A stretch of 64,000 nt of DNA from an uncultured Synergistales bacterium (GTDB lineage Bacteria > Synergistota > Synergistia > Synergistales > JAFGMB01). Position numbers and translations under genes: made by a program. Shown in pieces: positions 56,333 to 64,000 of this stretch (position 1 is the first letter of the stretch; each line of letters starts with the position of its first letter). The notes beneath the pieces were generated by a model that did not search any database, had not been told where the DNA came from, and saw only the letters and a program-made list of their open reading frames with translations. The stretch spans positions 150,569 through 214,568 of the forward strand of contig CAYPIU010000001.1 in assembly GCA_964410915.1 (NCBI GenBank). Reading direction: 5' to 3'.

Positions 56333-56848
56333 TCACCTGATCTTTTTATTGAAAGAATAGAGTGCGATCCCAGTAATAGCTATAGCAATAGCATCAGCTG
56401 CATCGTCCGGTCTTGGAATATCGTTCAGACCCAGAAGTTTTTTTAGCATTCTCTGTATTTGAGATTTATCTGCAGTACCACTTCCGCAAATTGCAAGCTT
56501 TATCTGATTTGGTTTAGGCTCGATGTATTCAAGGTTGAATTGTGCTGCGAGCAACAACATTGTGCCTCTTGCCTGCCAGACATTGCCAGCTGTGGTAGTG
56601 TTTCTGCCGAAAAACAGTTTTTCTATAGATATAAAGTCAGGCTTCCATTTTTCTATCCTTGTACGGATATCCTCATAAAGAGTTTGGATCCTTAATGATA
56701 CATCTGTATGTGGAGGTGTTTCGATACATCCAAACTCAAGAACCATATAAGATTGTCCAGTTTTGCGTATTACTCCAAAACCAAGCCTTCCCAGACCGGG
56801 GTCAATACCAAGACATGTAATATCCCTTGATTCAACTTTCGATTTCAT
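56333..56848 (-). CDS. ruvC: crossover junction endodeoxyribonuclease RuvC
   Basis: 171 aa with GIDPGLGRLGFGVI and a C-terminal DAADAIAIAI. Confidence 0.92.
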   Translation of the reverse strand: MKSKVESRDITCLGIDPGLGRLGFGVIRKTGQSYMVLEFGCIETPPHTDVSLRIQTLYEDIRTRIEKWKPDFISIEKLFFGRNTTTAGNVWQARGTMLLLAAQFNLEYIEPKPNQIKLAICGSGTADKSQIQRMLKKLLGLNDIPRPDDAADAIAIAITGIALYSFNKKIR

Positions 56849-57584
56849 TCATAAGCTCATCAGAGATATCAAAGTTTGAATATACATTTTGAATATCATC
56901 ATGTTCTTCCAGTTGGTCCATAAGTTTAAGGATCTTTTCTGCTTTATCCTTATTTTCTACCTGGATCATATTCTGCGGTAACATGTCTAATTCGGCTTTT
57001 TCAAGCATATAACCTGATCCTTCAAGGGCTTCTTTCACAGATGTAAGATTTGCTGGATCACAATATACAGTAAAACCTTCAGAATTCTTTTCTATATCGT
57101 CTGCTCCGGCTTCAATCGCAGTAAGCATTAATTCTTCTTCATCAAGGCTGCTACCTTTGACCTCAACTGTCCCCTTGCGGGAGAACATCCAGGCCACGCA
57201 ACCACTTTCCCCTAAAGAACCGCCATTCTTACTTAAAAGGGACCGTAATTCCGAGGCGGTTCGGTTTCTGTTATCAGTAAGAGCTTCAATAAGTACGGCT
57301 ATTCCACCATTTCCATATCCCTCATAAGTGATCTCCTCATAAGAAACTCCCTCAAGTTCACCTGTGCCTCTTTTAATTCCACGAGTAATATTTTCCTGTG
57401 GTACACTTGCGGCCTTAGCCCTGTCAATAGCGGTTTTAAGTTTGAAATTAATGTCAGGGTCGCCTCCGCCTTCCTTTGCAGCAACGATAATAGCTTTTAC
57501 AAGTTTTTGAAACAGATTCCCTTTTTTAGCATCCTGTGCAGCTTTTCTGTGTTTTATGTTTGCCCATTTTGAATGTCCAGCCAA
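56832..57584 (-). CDS. yebC: YebC/PmpR family DNA-binding transcriptional regulator
   Basis: MAGHSKWANIKHRKAAQDAKKG; 250 aa. TTG start after AGAGGTG. Overlaps ruvC by 17 nt. Confidence 0.93.
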   Translation of the reverse strand: MAGHSKWANIKHRKAAQDAKKGNLFQKLVKAIIVAAKEGGGDPDINFKLKTAIDRAKAASVPQENITRGIKRGTGELEGVSYEEITYEGYGNGGIAVLIEALTDNRNRTASELRSLLSKNGGSLGESGCVAWMFSRKGTVEVKGSSLDEEELMLTAIEAGADDIEKNSEGFTVYCDPANLTSVKEALEGSGYMLEKAELDMLPQNMIQVENKDKAEKILKLMDQLEEHDDIQNVYSNFDISDELMNEIES

Positions 57585-57640
57585 AAGTATTCACCTCTTA
57601 AATTATTTAATTCATATTTAAATGTATCCAGAGAAAAGAG

Positions 57641-58384
57641 TTAATCTCTGAGAGAGCAGACTTGCGGCATTTCCCTCTTATGTTCAGATATTTCGATCCT
57701 TCTATTAATCTTTTTCATACTCTCCTTTTTTACTATCTTTCCGGAGAGATAAGAGTCTATCTCATCATAGGTAAGACCCATTTCCGATTCATCCGTCTGT
57801 CCTTCCCATAGACCGGCGGAGGGAGGTTTGCTTATGATCTCTTCCGGTATTTCAAGGTATTTCGCAAGTGCGCGGACCTCACATTTCAGGAGATCTCCCA
57901 GAGGTATGATATCAGATCCGGAATCCCCATACTTTGTAAAATATCCAAGTTTTATTTCTGCAAGATTACTTGTTCCGCAAACGAGAAAATCATTGGATTG
58001 TGCCATCATATAGAGCGTGGTCATTCTTAGTCTTGGTTTAACATTAGACAAGGCTCTACTGGTCAAAGTAGAGCTGTTTGCTTTCGCTGCAGATATAATG
58101 GCATCATATGTTTTTGAAAGATCGATCGTAATGTTTGGTATTGAAAACTTTCTATTCAGGAGCCTTGCATCTTCAAGATCCCTTTCTATACTGTGGCAGG
58201 GCATCATGACCGCAAGCATCTGATCATTGCATATTCTCTTCAGGATACAGGAAATAACAGCTGAATCAATACCACCGCTTGATCCAACCACGCACCCTTT
58301 CGCTGATGCTGAATCTATTTTTTTCAATATCCATTTTTCGATCTGGGGTAGTACAACTTCAGGTTTCAAAGTAACTTCAGACAT
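57641..58384 (-). CDS. nadE: NH3-dependent-type (single-domain) NAD(+) synthetase
   Basis: 247 aa with the PP-loop SGGIDSAV and GTSNLAE..LGYFTKYGD. It has no fused nitrilase domain. Confidence 0.9.
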   Translation of the reverse strand: MSEVTLKPEVVLPQIEKWILKKIDSASAKGCVVGSSGGIDSAVISCILKRICNDQMLAVMMPCHSIERDLEDARLLNRKFSIPNITIDLSKTYDAIISAAKANSSTLTSRALSNVKPRLRMTTLYMMAQSNDFLVCGTSNLAEIKLGYFTKYGDSGSDIIPLGDLLKCEVRALAKYLEIPEEIISKPPSAGLWEGQTDESEMGLTYDEIDSYLSGKIVKKESMKKINRRIEISEHKREMPQVCSLRD

Positions 58385-58485
58385 TATATCACCTCATTTT
58401 TAGTGTATAAGATACCGTTGTTTAGTCTTGGTTGGTTATTGTATCATACTGTTTTATGATTTATATACACAGAAATTAACTACCC

Positions 58486-59298
58486 TTAACTTGCTCCCTT
58501 TTGTTTCTGCTTTATTGGACATATTATCGGGTAATATAATTCAGGCTTACGGTTGTTCAGAATACCTGTCTCTTTCCTGAGCCTCTGAACATATAGGTTA
58601 TCTATCTCAACCTGTTTTATAGTTTTTGTTAACATTTCTTCAGTTATAGTGAAACCCTTCGGATCTATTACAAATGGCCCGGATCTTAAGTCCATATTTT
58701 GTTGAGAACAGGTTGAGCCGGAAAATATAATATACATCTGATTTTCTATTGCTCTGGCTTTTAAAAGGATCTCCAGATTCTGTTTTTCCCCTGATGAAAA
58801 TGAAGAAGAAACAATAATAGCTTCAACACCGTTCAATGCCATTGCTCTAAAAAATTCAGGGTATGAAAGATCAGTAGAATCAGAAAGAGCACAAGTAAGA
58901 CCGTAATGATCAAATATCAATGGTTTACACCCACATTTAATATCTCTTACCTCTGATTCATAATTACCATGGCAGTTATCATAATAACCCTTGATCATCC
59001 CGGCATCATTTACCAGAAATGTTCTTAAGGTGATATTTCCTGACACATTACATAAAAAGGGTCCAGAAATCATCCAGATCATATTATGCCTGGCCGTTTT
59101 CTGAAGTTCTTTTAAAAAAGACTGCAGAATCTTTTGGTCGAATTTTCCATCATTAAAAAGTTGTAATTCAGAAGGTAAAACAAGCATTGAAAAATCCATT
59201 GAAGATCTCTCGATAGTTTCCGTCAGGTCAATAAGAAATGGTTCAATATTAGTGGGGATATCATCATAGTTAAACAATCCTATGGTAGGATGTACCAT
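58486..59298 (-). CDS. carbon-nitrogen hydrolase (nitrilase superfamily)-like protein, divergent
   Basis: 270 aa with nitrilase-fold landmarks: LVLPSEL (Glu strand), GLTCALSD..YPE (Cys elbow, with an insertion) and ARAIENQMYI. The usual YrKxHL Lys motif reads YDNCHG. GGAGG RBS. Confidence 0.6.
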   Translation of the reverse strand: MVHPTIGLFNYDDIPTNIEPFLIDLTETIERSSMDFSMLVLPSELQLFNDGKFDQKILQSFLKELQKTARHNMIWMISGPFLCNVSGNITLRTFLVNDAGMIKGYYDNCHGNYESEVRDIKCGCKPLIFDHYGLTCALSDSTDLSYPEFFRAMALNGVEAIIVSSSFSSGEKQNLEILLKARAIENQMYIIFSGSTCSQQNMDLRSGPFVIDPKGFTITEEMLTKTIKQVEIDNLYVQRLRKETGILNNRKPELYYPIICPIKQKQKGAS

Positions 59299-59381
59299 AC
59301 ATAGGCCTCCATTCAGAACTTGGGAAATTTAATTGATTATATAATATATTGTAATGAAAAAACCTAAGGAGGAGAAGAATT

Positions 59382-59798
59382 TTGGAGAAGCTTTTTCGTT
59401 TTGGGGTTTCAGTACCTGAAAAGTTATTAAAAAGATACGATAAAATACTTGAAATTAAAAATATATCCAACCGTTCAGAAGCATTAAGACAGCTTATAAG
59501 ACGGGAAGTTGCCAGAGAATCATGGGAAACATATGAGACAGGCAGGGAAAATGTTTATGGAACGATCACAATAACTTTTAATCATCATTCACACGATGCA
59601 AGTGGAATGCTTACTTCAGTCCAACATAACTTTGGGGAAGTAATTATCTGCAGTACTCATATCCATGTTGATCACCATCACTGTCTTGAAGTAATTGTTG
59701 CAAAAGGACAGGCCAGAAGAATAAAGGGACTGGTAGATGAATTATCCTCTTTAAAATGCATAGACAGTGTTGACCCTGTAATTACTACAATTATATAG
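59382..59798 (+). CDS. nikR: nickel-responsive transcriptional regulator NikR
   Basis: 138 aa with a TTG start 7 nt after AAGGAGGAG. It has an N-terminal ribbon-helix-helix (RFGVSVPEKLL..YD......NRSEALRQLIR). The C-terminal Ni site has His/Cys residues (NHHSHD, HIHVDHHHCLEV). Confidence 0.88.
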   Translation: MEKLFRFGVSVPEKLLKRYDKILEIKNISNRSEALRQLIRREVARESWETYETGRENVYGTITITFNHHSHDASGMLTSVQHNFGEVIICSTHIHVDHHHCLEVIVAKGQARRIKGLVDELSSLKCIDSVDPVITTII

Positions 59799-59800
59799 CG

Positions 59801-59826
59801 AGAGGCAGCTCACAGCTGCCTCTTTT
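59801..59826 (+). terminator. intrinsic terminator after nikR
   Basis: AGAGGCAGCT (59801-10) and AGCTGCCTCT (59814-23) form a 10-bp stem followed by TTT. It starts 2 nt after the nikR stop. Confidence 0.65.
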
Positions 59827-59838
59827 ACCCTAAATTCC

Positions 59839-59982
59839 TCAGGAAGGGCAAGAATTTCTTTTCATTGATTCACCTTCAAGGAGTATAAGCAGTTTATTCT
59901 TGCACTTAGGACATTTGATGTCTTTATTAGAGTTTGATAGTTCAAATTCAAACCCACATTCAGCACATTTAAAACGCCTCAT
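59839..59982 (-). CDS. 47-aa zinc-ribbon micro-protein (below the ORF-track length cut-off)
   Basis: Minus-strand ORF ATG 59982 to TGA 59839, encoding MRRFKCAECGFEFELSNSNKDIKCPKCKNKLLILLEGESMKRNSCPS. It has CxxC-N15-CxxC knuckles and a sigma-70-like promoter upstream. The RBS is weak. Confidence 0.5.
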   Translation of the reverse strand: MRRFKCAECGFEFELSNSNKDIKCPKCKNKLLILLEGESMKRNSCPS

Positions 59983-60036
59983 CTTTTCTGTCAACTAACT
60001 CATCTCCCTAATAACGTATTTACCTGCTCTTTTATA

Positions 60037-60065
60037 ATTATAAACATTATCTATCTGCGGTACAA
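60037..60065 (-). promoter_or_regulatory. candidate promoter for the zinc-ribbon ORF
   Basis: On the minus strand: TTGTAC (60065-60060)-17 nt-TATAAT (60042-60037). It lies about 50 nt upstream of ATG 59982 and just downstream of the arcB stop. Confidence 0.4.
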
Positions 60066-60086
60066 CCATCAGTTTGGAGAAACAGA

Positions 60087-61034
60087 CTAAAGGTTTCCTA
60101 TAGTTGCAACCATCACTGCTTTTATGGTATGCATTCTATTTTCAGCTTCTTCAAAAACCATGGACACATTTGATTCGAATATCTCTTCAGTAACTTCCTG
60201 TCCTTTATTCGCAGGCAGACAGTGAAGAAAGATTGAATCTGTCCTCCCAGTTGCTTCAAGTAACTGTTTATTGACCTGATAGTCAGATAAAAGTTCTATT
60301 CGTTTTTTCTTTTCTTCTTCTTCACCCATTGATACCCATACATCAGTATATACAGCGTTAGCTCCCTTTACAGCATAAAAAGGATCATCACAAACAGTCA
60401 CTTCCGAATTATTATTCTGAGCATATTGTTTGCATTCTTCAATAAGCCATTTTTGTGGCCACAGGTTTTCAGGAGCAGCAATCGTAAAATCCATACCTGT
60501 TTTCGCAGCTGCAATCATTAAGGAATTTGCCATATTATTCCGCCCGTCACCAACATACACCAGTTTTTTATTTCCAAGCGATCCAAAATATTCACGAATA
60601 GTCATCAGATCAGCTAAAACCTGGGTTGGATGATATATATCGGTAAGACCATTCCATACTGGAACCCCTGAGAATTGTGCTAATTCTTCAACTGTTTTCT
60701 GCTTATAACCGCGAAATTCGATTCCATCGAACAGCCTGCCCAGAACCCTGGCAGTGTCACGGATATCTTCTTTTTCACCAAGATGGATGTCGTTCTTCCC
60801 GAGAAATTCTGCATGCCCTCCTTCATCGATTGCTGCAACTGTGAATGAACATCGTGTTCGAGTTGATAACTTTTCAAATAAAAGCGCAATGTTCTTTCCT
60901 GAAAGTAGATTTCCTCTGATCCCGTTTCGTTTTTTAGATTTAAGATCAGAAGCCAGATTCAGAAGATAGAATATCTCATCTTTTGAAAAATCTCTTAACG
61001 TTAAAAAACTTTTACCTTTCAGGTTAACAGCCAT
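60087..61034 (-). CDS. arcB: ornithine carbamoyltransferase
   Basis: 315 aa with STRTR, HPTQ, DVWVSMG (ornithine SMG loop) and HCLP. Adjacent to arcA, which suggests the catabolic role. Confidence 0.9.
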   Translation of the reverse strand: MAVNLKGKSFLTLRDFSKDEIFYLLNLASDLKSKKRNGIRGNLLSGKNIALLFEKLSTRTRCSFTVAAIDEGGHAEFLGKNDIHLGEKEDIRDTARVLGRLFDGIEFRGYKQKTVEELAQFSGVPVWNGLTDIYHPTQVLADLMTIREYFGSLGNKKLVYVGDGRNNMANSLMIAAAKTGMDFTIAAPENLWPQKWLIEECKQYAQNNNSEVTVCDDPFYAVKGANAVYTDVWVSMGEEEEKKKRIELLSDYQVNKQLLEATGRTDSIFLHCLPANKGQEVTEEIFESNVSMVFEEAENRMHTIKAVMVATIGNL

Positions 61035-61066
61035 TAAAAACCCACCTCATTCTCTGATATTTATCA

Positions 61067-62308
61067 TTAGTTACAATCTCTTGAAAGGGGCATAACCATG
61101 CATCTGGGTCCACCTCTTCCTCTTCCGAGTTCACAACCTGATACTCTGCAAACAGTAATCCCTGACCTTTCAAGGTTTGCATTGGTCTGAATGTTCCGAT
61201 CATATGAGAATATATTTCCCGGAGACATTGTAAGGATATTTGGTCCGTCAGTCCATTGTTCTCTGGATTCAGTAACCGGATCTATTTTATCTAATGCAGG
61301 AAGAAAGAATACCTTCCTGTTCAGTAAATCTTCAACTCCCTTGTGAATATTGTCAAACTCACGAATATGAGTTAATTCTCCACTATGATCAAATTCAAGT
61401 AACCAGGTTTCTGAATTATGGATGATATCAGAGAAGATAGCAAAAGTATCATTGTCGATCATTGCAAAGACAGTATCAAGATGCATCATTGCCCTGGACT
61501 TGGGTATGTTTATCGCAAGGATCCGTTTTATGCTGGAATTTCTGGAAAGGATTTGTCCCATAAGCTGTATCGCTGTTGCGGAAGTTCTTTGACTTATTCC
61601 AATTGCAATCGTATTTTCGGAAAGGATAATAACATCCCCTCCTTCAATTGTAATAGAATCAGGGGGAATATATGATGCGTTTATATCCAGCTTCCTGTAT
61701 TGATCAAACATCTTATGATGATTGATCAAATGTCTGACAAGAAGACTTTCTCTTTGTCTTACTCTATATCTCATTCTGGAAGGGATAAGCATATCCTGGA
61801 TGATAATGCATGGGTCACGTTGAAAGTAGATATTGGGTACTGGAGGAATAATAAAATCATCATCAGAAAGTATTTTTAAAAGTAAACTTCTTGTACTGAC
61901 AGTTTCATACTTAAAAAGTTCGCGTTTAGTGATACCACCTAAAAAGATGTTCGCGAGGTCAGTTGAATCAAGTCCTGTCATCAACTGGAAGAGTTTATCA
62001 AAGAGGTTCTGATCGAGTTCTTCCTTTTTGAGAACTTCATCAACAAGTCTTACTTTGAGAAACTTTTCTTGAAGCAGATCACTCAAAAGATCCTTAAAAT
62101 AAACAACTTCAATTTTATTGTTTCTGAGTTCTGCTACAAACTTATCATGTTCCTCTTGAGCTTTCTGAACCCACAAAAGATCATCAAACAGAAAAGATTC
62201 TTTATTTTCACCAGTAAGTCTTTCAAGTTCTATACCGGGTCTATGTACCATAACCCTCTGTAGTTTCCCAATTTCTGAATCTACACGGGAAATGCTATCG
62301 ATAGACAT
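61067..62308 (-). CDS. arcA: arginine deiminase
   Basis: 413 aa. N-terminus SEIGKLQRVMVHRPG.ELERL, EGGDV, and the C-terminal catalytic Cys context GRGGPRCMVMPLSRD. Confidence 0.9.
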   Translation of the reverse strand: MSIDSISRVDSEIGKLQRVMVHRPGIELERLTGENKESFLFDDLLWVQKAQEEHDKFVAELRNNKIEVVYFKDLLSDLLQEKFLKVRLVDEVLKKEELDQNLFDKLFQLMTGLDSTDLANIFLGGITKRELFKYETVSTRSLLLKILSDDDFIIPPVPNIYFQRDPCIIIQDMLIPSRMRYRVRQRESLLVRHLINHHKMFDQYRKLDINASYIPPDSITIEGGDVIILSENTIAIGISQRTSATAIQLMGQILSRNSSIKRILAINIPKSRAMMHLDTVFAMIDNDTFAIFSDIIHNSETWLLEFDHSGELTHIREFDNIHKGVEDLLNRKVFFLPALDKIDPVTESREQWTDGPNILTMSPGNIFSYDRNIQTNANLERSGITVCRVSGCELGRGRGGPRCMVMPLSRDCN

Positions 62309-62358
62309 TTATGATCACTCCAATGCAGTTAAAACAATGTACTTTAAGAAAATAGTTT

Positions 62359-63207
62359 TTAGAGGCCCCATTGAAGGAGAGATTCTCTGATAGTTTTAGC
62401 ACCCAACAGGGAAGTAATACCATTATGGTCAAGAGAAGGACATATCTCGACGATATCCATACCAACCAGGTTAAGTTCTCTTAAAGAATGAACAATATTA
62501 AGTAATTCAGATGAGGTTAAACCACCAGGTTCTGGTGTGCCAGTACCTGGTGCTCCTGATGGATCAACAACATCTATGTCTACTGTTAAATAGACCGGAT
62601 TTGTTCCAATATCCCGATGAAGTCTCTGGATCTCCTCAGTTTCAGGTTTATGGGGATAAAAAGTTGTGTTTTTATAAGCCCAGTCATATTCATCTTTAGT
62701 TCCGGACCGGATACAGAACTGGTGAAGGTCTCTGGTAGACTTAAGACATTTTTCAGCTACAAGTCTCATAACGGAAGCATGACTGAGTGACCCCCCATAA
62801 TAGGAACTTCTCAGGTCTGCATGAGCATCAAGATGGATCACTTTCAAATCAGGGTACACAGAAAAAGCAGATCTTATCAAAGGAAAGGATACAAGGTGTT
62901 CTCCTCCTATAGAAAGGATCTTTTTACCACTATTAAAAAATCTATTGCTAACGAGGCGAATATTCTCAAGCGATCTTTCCACATCTCCAAATGGAAATGA
63001 AATATTTCCTAAATCGTAAAATGAAGTTTCTTCCAGATCTTTGTCCAGAAAAGGACTGTAGGATTCTATGTTCCAGGATTCCTGTCGGACAGAATCAGGC
63101 CCTCCTCTGCTTCCGGAAAGCCTTGAAGATGTAAAGTCCATTGGTAATCCAAGGATTATCATATTACTCTCTGTAACAGTATGTCTGGAACCCATAAATC
63201 TTTTCAA
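62359..63207 (-). CDS. speB: agmatinase (ureohydrolase family)
   Basis: Mn-binding motifs GGEH, LDAHADL, DIDVVDP and GTGTPEPGG; 282 aa. TTG 63207 overlaps the speE stop; ATG 63195 is an alternative. Confidence 0.88.
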   Translation of the reverse strand: MKRFMGSRHTVTESNMIILGLPMDFTSSRLSGSRGGPDSVRQESWNIESYSPFLDKDLEETSFYDLGNISFPFGDVERSLENIRLVSNRFFNSGKKILSIGGEHLVSFPLIRSAFSVYPDLKVIHLDAHADLRSSYYGGSLSHASVMRLVAEKCLKSTRDLHQFCIRSGTKDEYDWAYKNTTFYPHKPETEEIQRLHRDIGTNPVYLTVDIDVVDPSGAPGTGTPEPGGLTSSELLNIVHSLRELNLVGMDIVEICPSLDHNGITSLLGAKTIRESLLQWGL

Positions 63208-64000
63208 CGATCGCCCTCCATTTCAACGATTTCCCTGACAAAAGGTGGAAGGACAAACGATGCTTTGTGAATTTCGGCAGTATAATACTTTGTTTTTATA
63301 TTACATGGTCTGTTGACTATATTTGCGGGGTCATTAAACTTTGAACCAACGGTATAACTCCACATCCCGGTTGGGTAAGTTGGCATGTAACCAAGGCAGA
63401 CAGCTACTTGTTTGAAAGCAGTTTTCATTTCGGAAACGGCTTGTTTGAGAAGTGCTGGTTCTGCAAAGGGGGATTCAGTCTGTGCAATTACTATTCCTTT
63501 GGATGTCAGGCTGTTGAAAACATCACCATAAAAAGGCGATTGGAATAGTCCTGCAGCAAAATCAACCGGATCGGTACTGTCTACAATGACGACATCAAAG
63601 CAGTTCTGATTCTCCTTGATAAACTCGAGAGCATCCATTGTCAGGATCCTGGCTCTTGGGTCATCCATTGCACAGCTTATGGAAGGAAAGAACTCCCGGG
63701 AAGAGTTAATGACTTCCTGATCTATATCAACAAGAGTTACTTCCTTTATAAAGTCATGTTTAAGGCATTCCCTGAGAATACCACCATCTCCTCCACCGAC
63801 TATAAGAACCCGCTCAGGTAGGGAGTGAGCAGATATTGGAATATGTGCCATCATTTCGTGATAGCAGAATTCATCCTTTTCGGTTAACTGTATTGCGCCG
63901 TCGAGCGCAAGAAGCCGCCCATATTCTATTGTTTCAGCTACCAGAAGGTGCTGATATCTTGTCTGGACATTTTTGAGTATATTGTGGATCTTTAAACCAA
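63204..64000 (-). CDS. speE: spermidine synthase (5' end outside the window)
   Basis: The frame stays open to the window edge. Translation reads ..YGRLLALDGAIQLTEKDEFCYHEMMAHIP...VLIVGGGDGGILRE...VDID..V. The ORF-track start (63854) is an internal Met-Met. Confidence 0.9.
   Translation of the reverse strand, partial: GLKIHNILKNVQTRYQHLLVAETIEYGRLLALDGAIQLTEKDEFCYHEMMAHIPISAHSLPERVLIVGGGDGGILRECLKHDFIKEVTLVDIDQEVINSSREFFPSISCAMDDPRARILTMDALEFIKENQNCFDVVIVDSTDPVDFAAGLFQSPFYGDVFNSLTSKGIVIAQTESPFAEPALLKQAVSEMKTAFKQVAVCLGYMPTYPTGMWSYTVGSKFNDPANIVNRPCNIKTKYYTAEIHKASFVLPPFVREIVEMEGDR

Noticed and set aside
59336-59345. The ATTATATAAT palindrome, considered as a NikR operator.
   Set aside because: A 10-bp all-AT palindrome is expected by chance in this spacer. 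It does not match the spaced-dyad architecture of known NikR boxes. It is kept only as a remark inside the NikR finding.
1-64000. Whole-window scan for CRISPR arrays, IS or transposase genes, integrases, prophage genes, rRNA and tRNA.
   Set aside because: Every ORF of 100 aa or more is accounted for by a housekeeping family. No spacer is longer than about 290 nt, and none shows tRNA-like cloverleaf hallmarks or regularly spaced repeats. This was a visual scan only, so tRNAscan or Infernal would be needed for certainty.

Overview
This window is a densely coded (roughly 90%+), low-GC (by eye about 35-40%) stretch of core bacterial chromosome. I found no rRNA, tRNA, CRISPR array, transposase or integrase. 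All family calls rest on motifs read from the supplied translations, because no BLAST or HMM search was possible.

The plus-strand half (1-28 kb) contains:
- a complete dcw cluster: ftsL-ftsI-murE-murF-mraY-murD-ftsW-murG-murC-murB-ftsQ-ftsA-ftsZ;
- a SPOR-domain protein;
- a molybdenum/tungsten cofactor cluster: moeA, a moeA-PBP-like fusion, moaA, moaC and an extended moaB/mog;
- rapZ-yvcK-whiA, then gap-pgk-tpiA.

An AT-rich island of about 0.9 kb follows, carrying a Phd/YefM-like plus PIN-like gene pair.

The minus-strand half (28.9-64 kb) contains:
- a divergent ATP-PEPCK-family gene;
- rsfS, an LCP-family gene, nadD, obg and the rplU-prp-rpmA operon;
- recN-nadK-tlyA-dxs-ispA-xseB, with rpmB on the plus strand;
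- thiN-ftsK-tldD, mltG and hutH;
- a two-gene AmmeMemoRadiSam system (radical SAM plus a LigB/Memo-like::AMMECR1 fusion);
- queA, spoIID, a DUF2905 gene, ruvBAC, yebC and nadE;
- a divergent nitrilase-superfamily gene, nikR (plus strand) and an untracked 47-aa zinc-ribbon ORF;
- speE-speB-arcA-arcB, running off the right edge.

Gene order is Firmicutes-like or that of a deep-branching anaerobe (L21-Prp-L27-Obg, xseB-ispA-dxs-tlyA-nadK-recN, rapZ-yvcK-whiA). The phylum cannot be fixed from this window.

I see no large novel system. The items most worth follow-up are:
- the function-unknown AmmeMemoRadiSam pair with a fused protein;
- the toxin-antitoxin-like island with an apparently degenerate PIN active site;
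- ftsW lacking any canonical start codon ahead of its first TM helix;
- a nitrilase-like gene next to single-domain nadE whose catalytic Lys may be missing;
- the unannotated zinc-ribbon micro-ORF with its own promoter;
- a PEPCK-family protein with altered substrate motifs.
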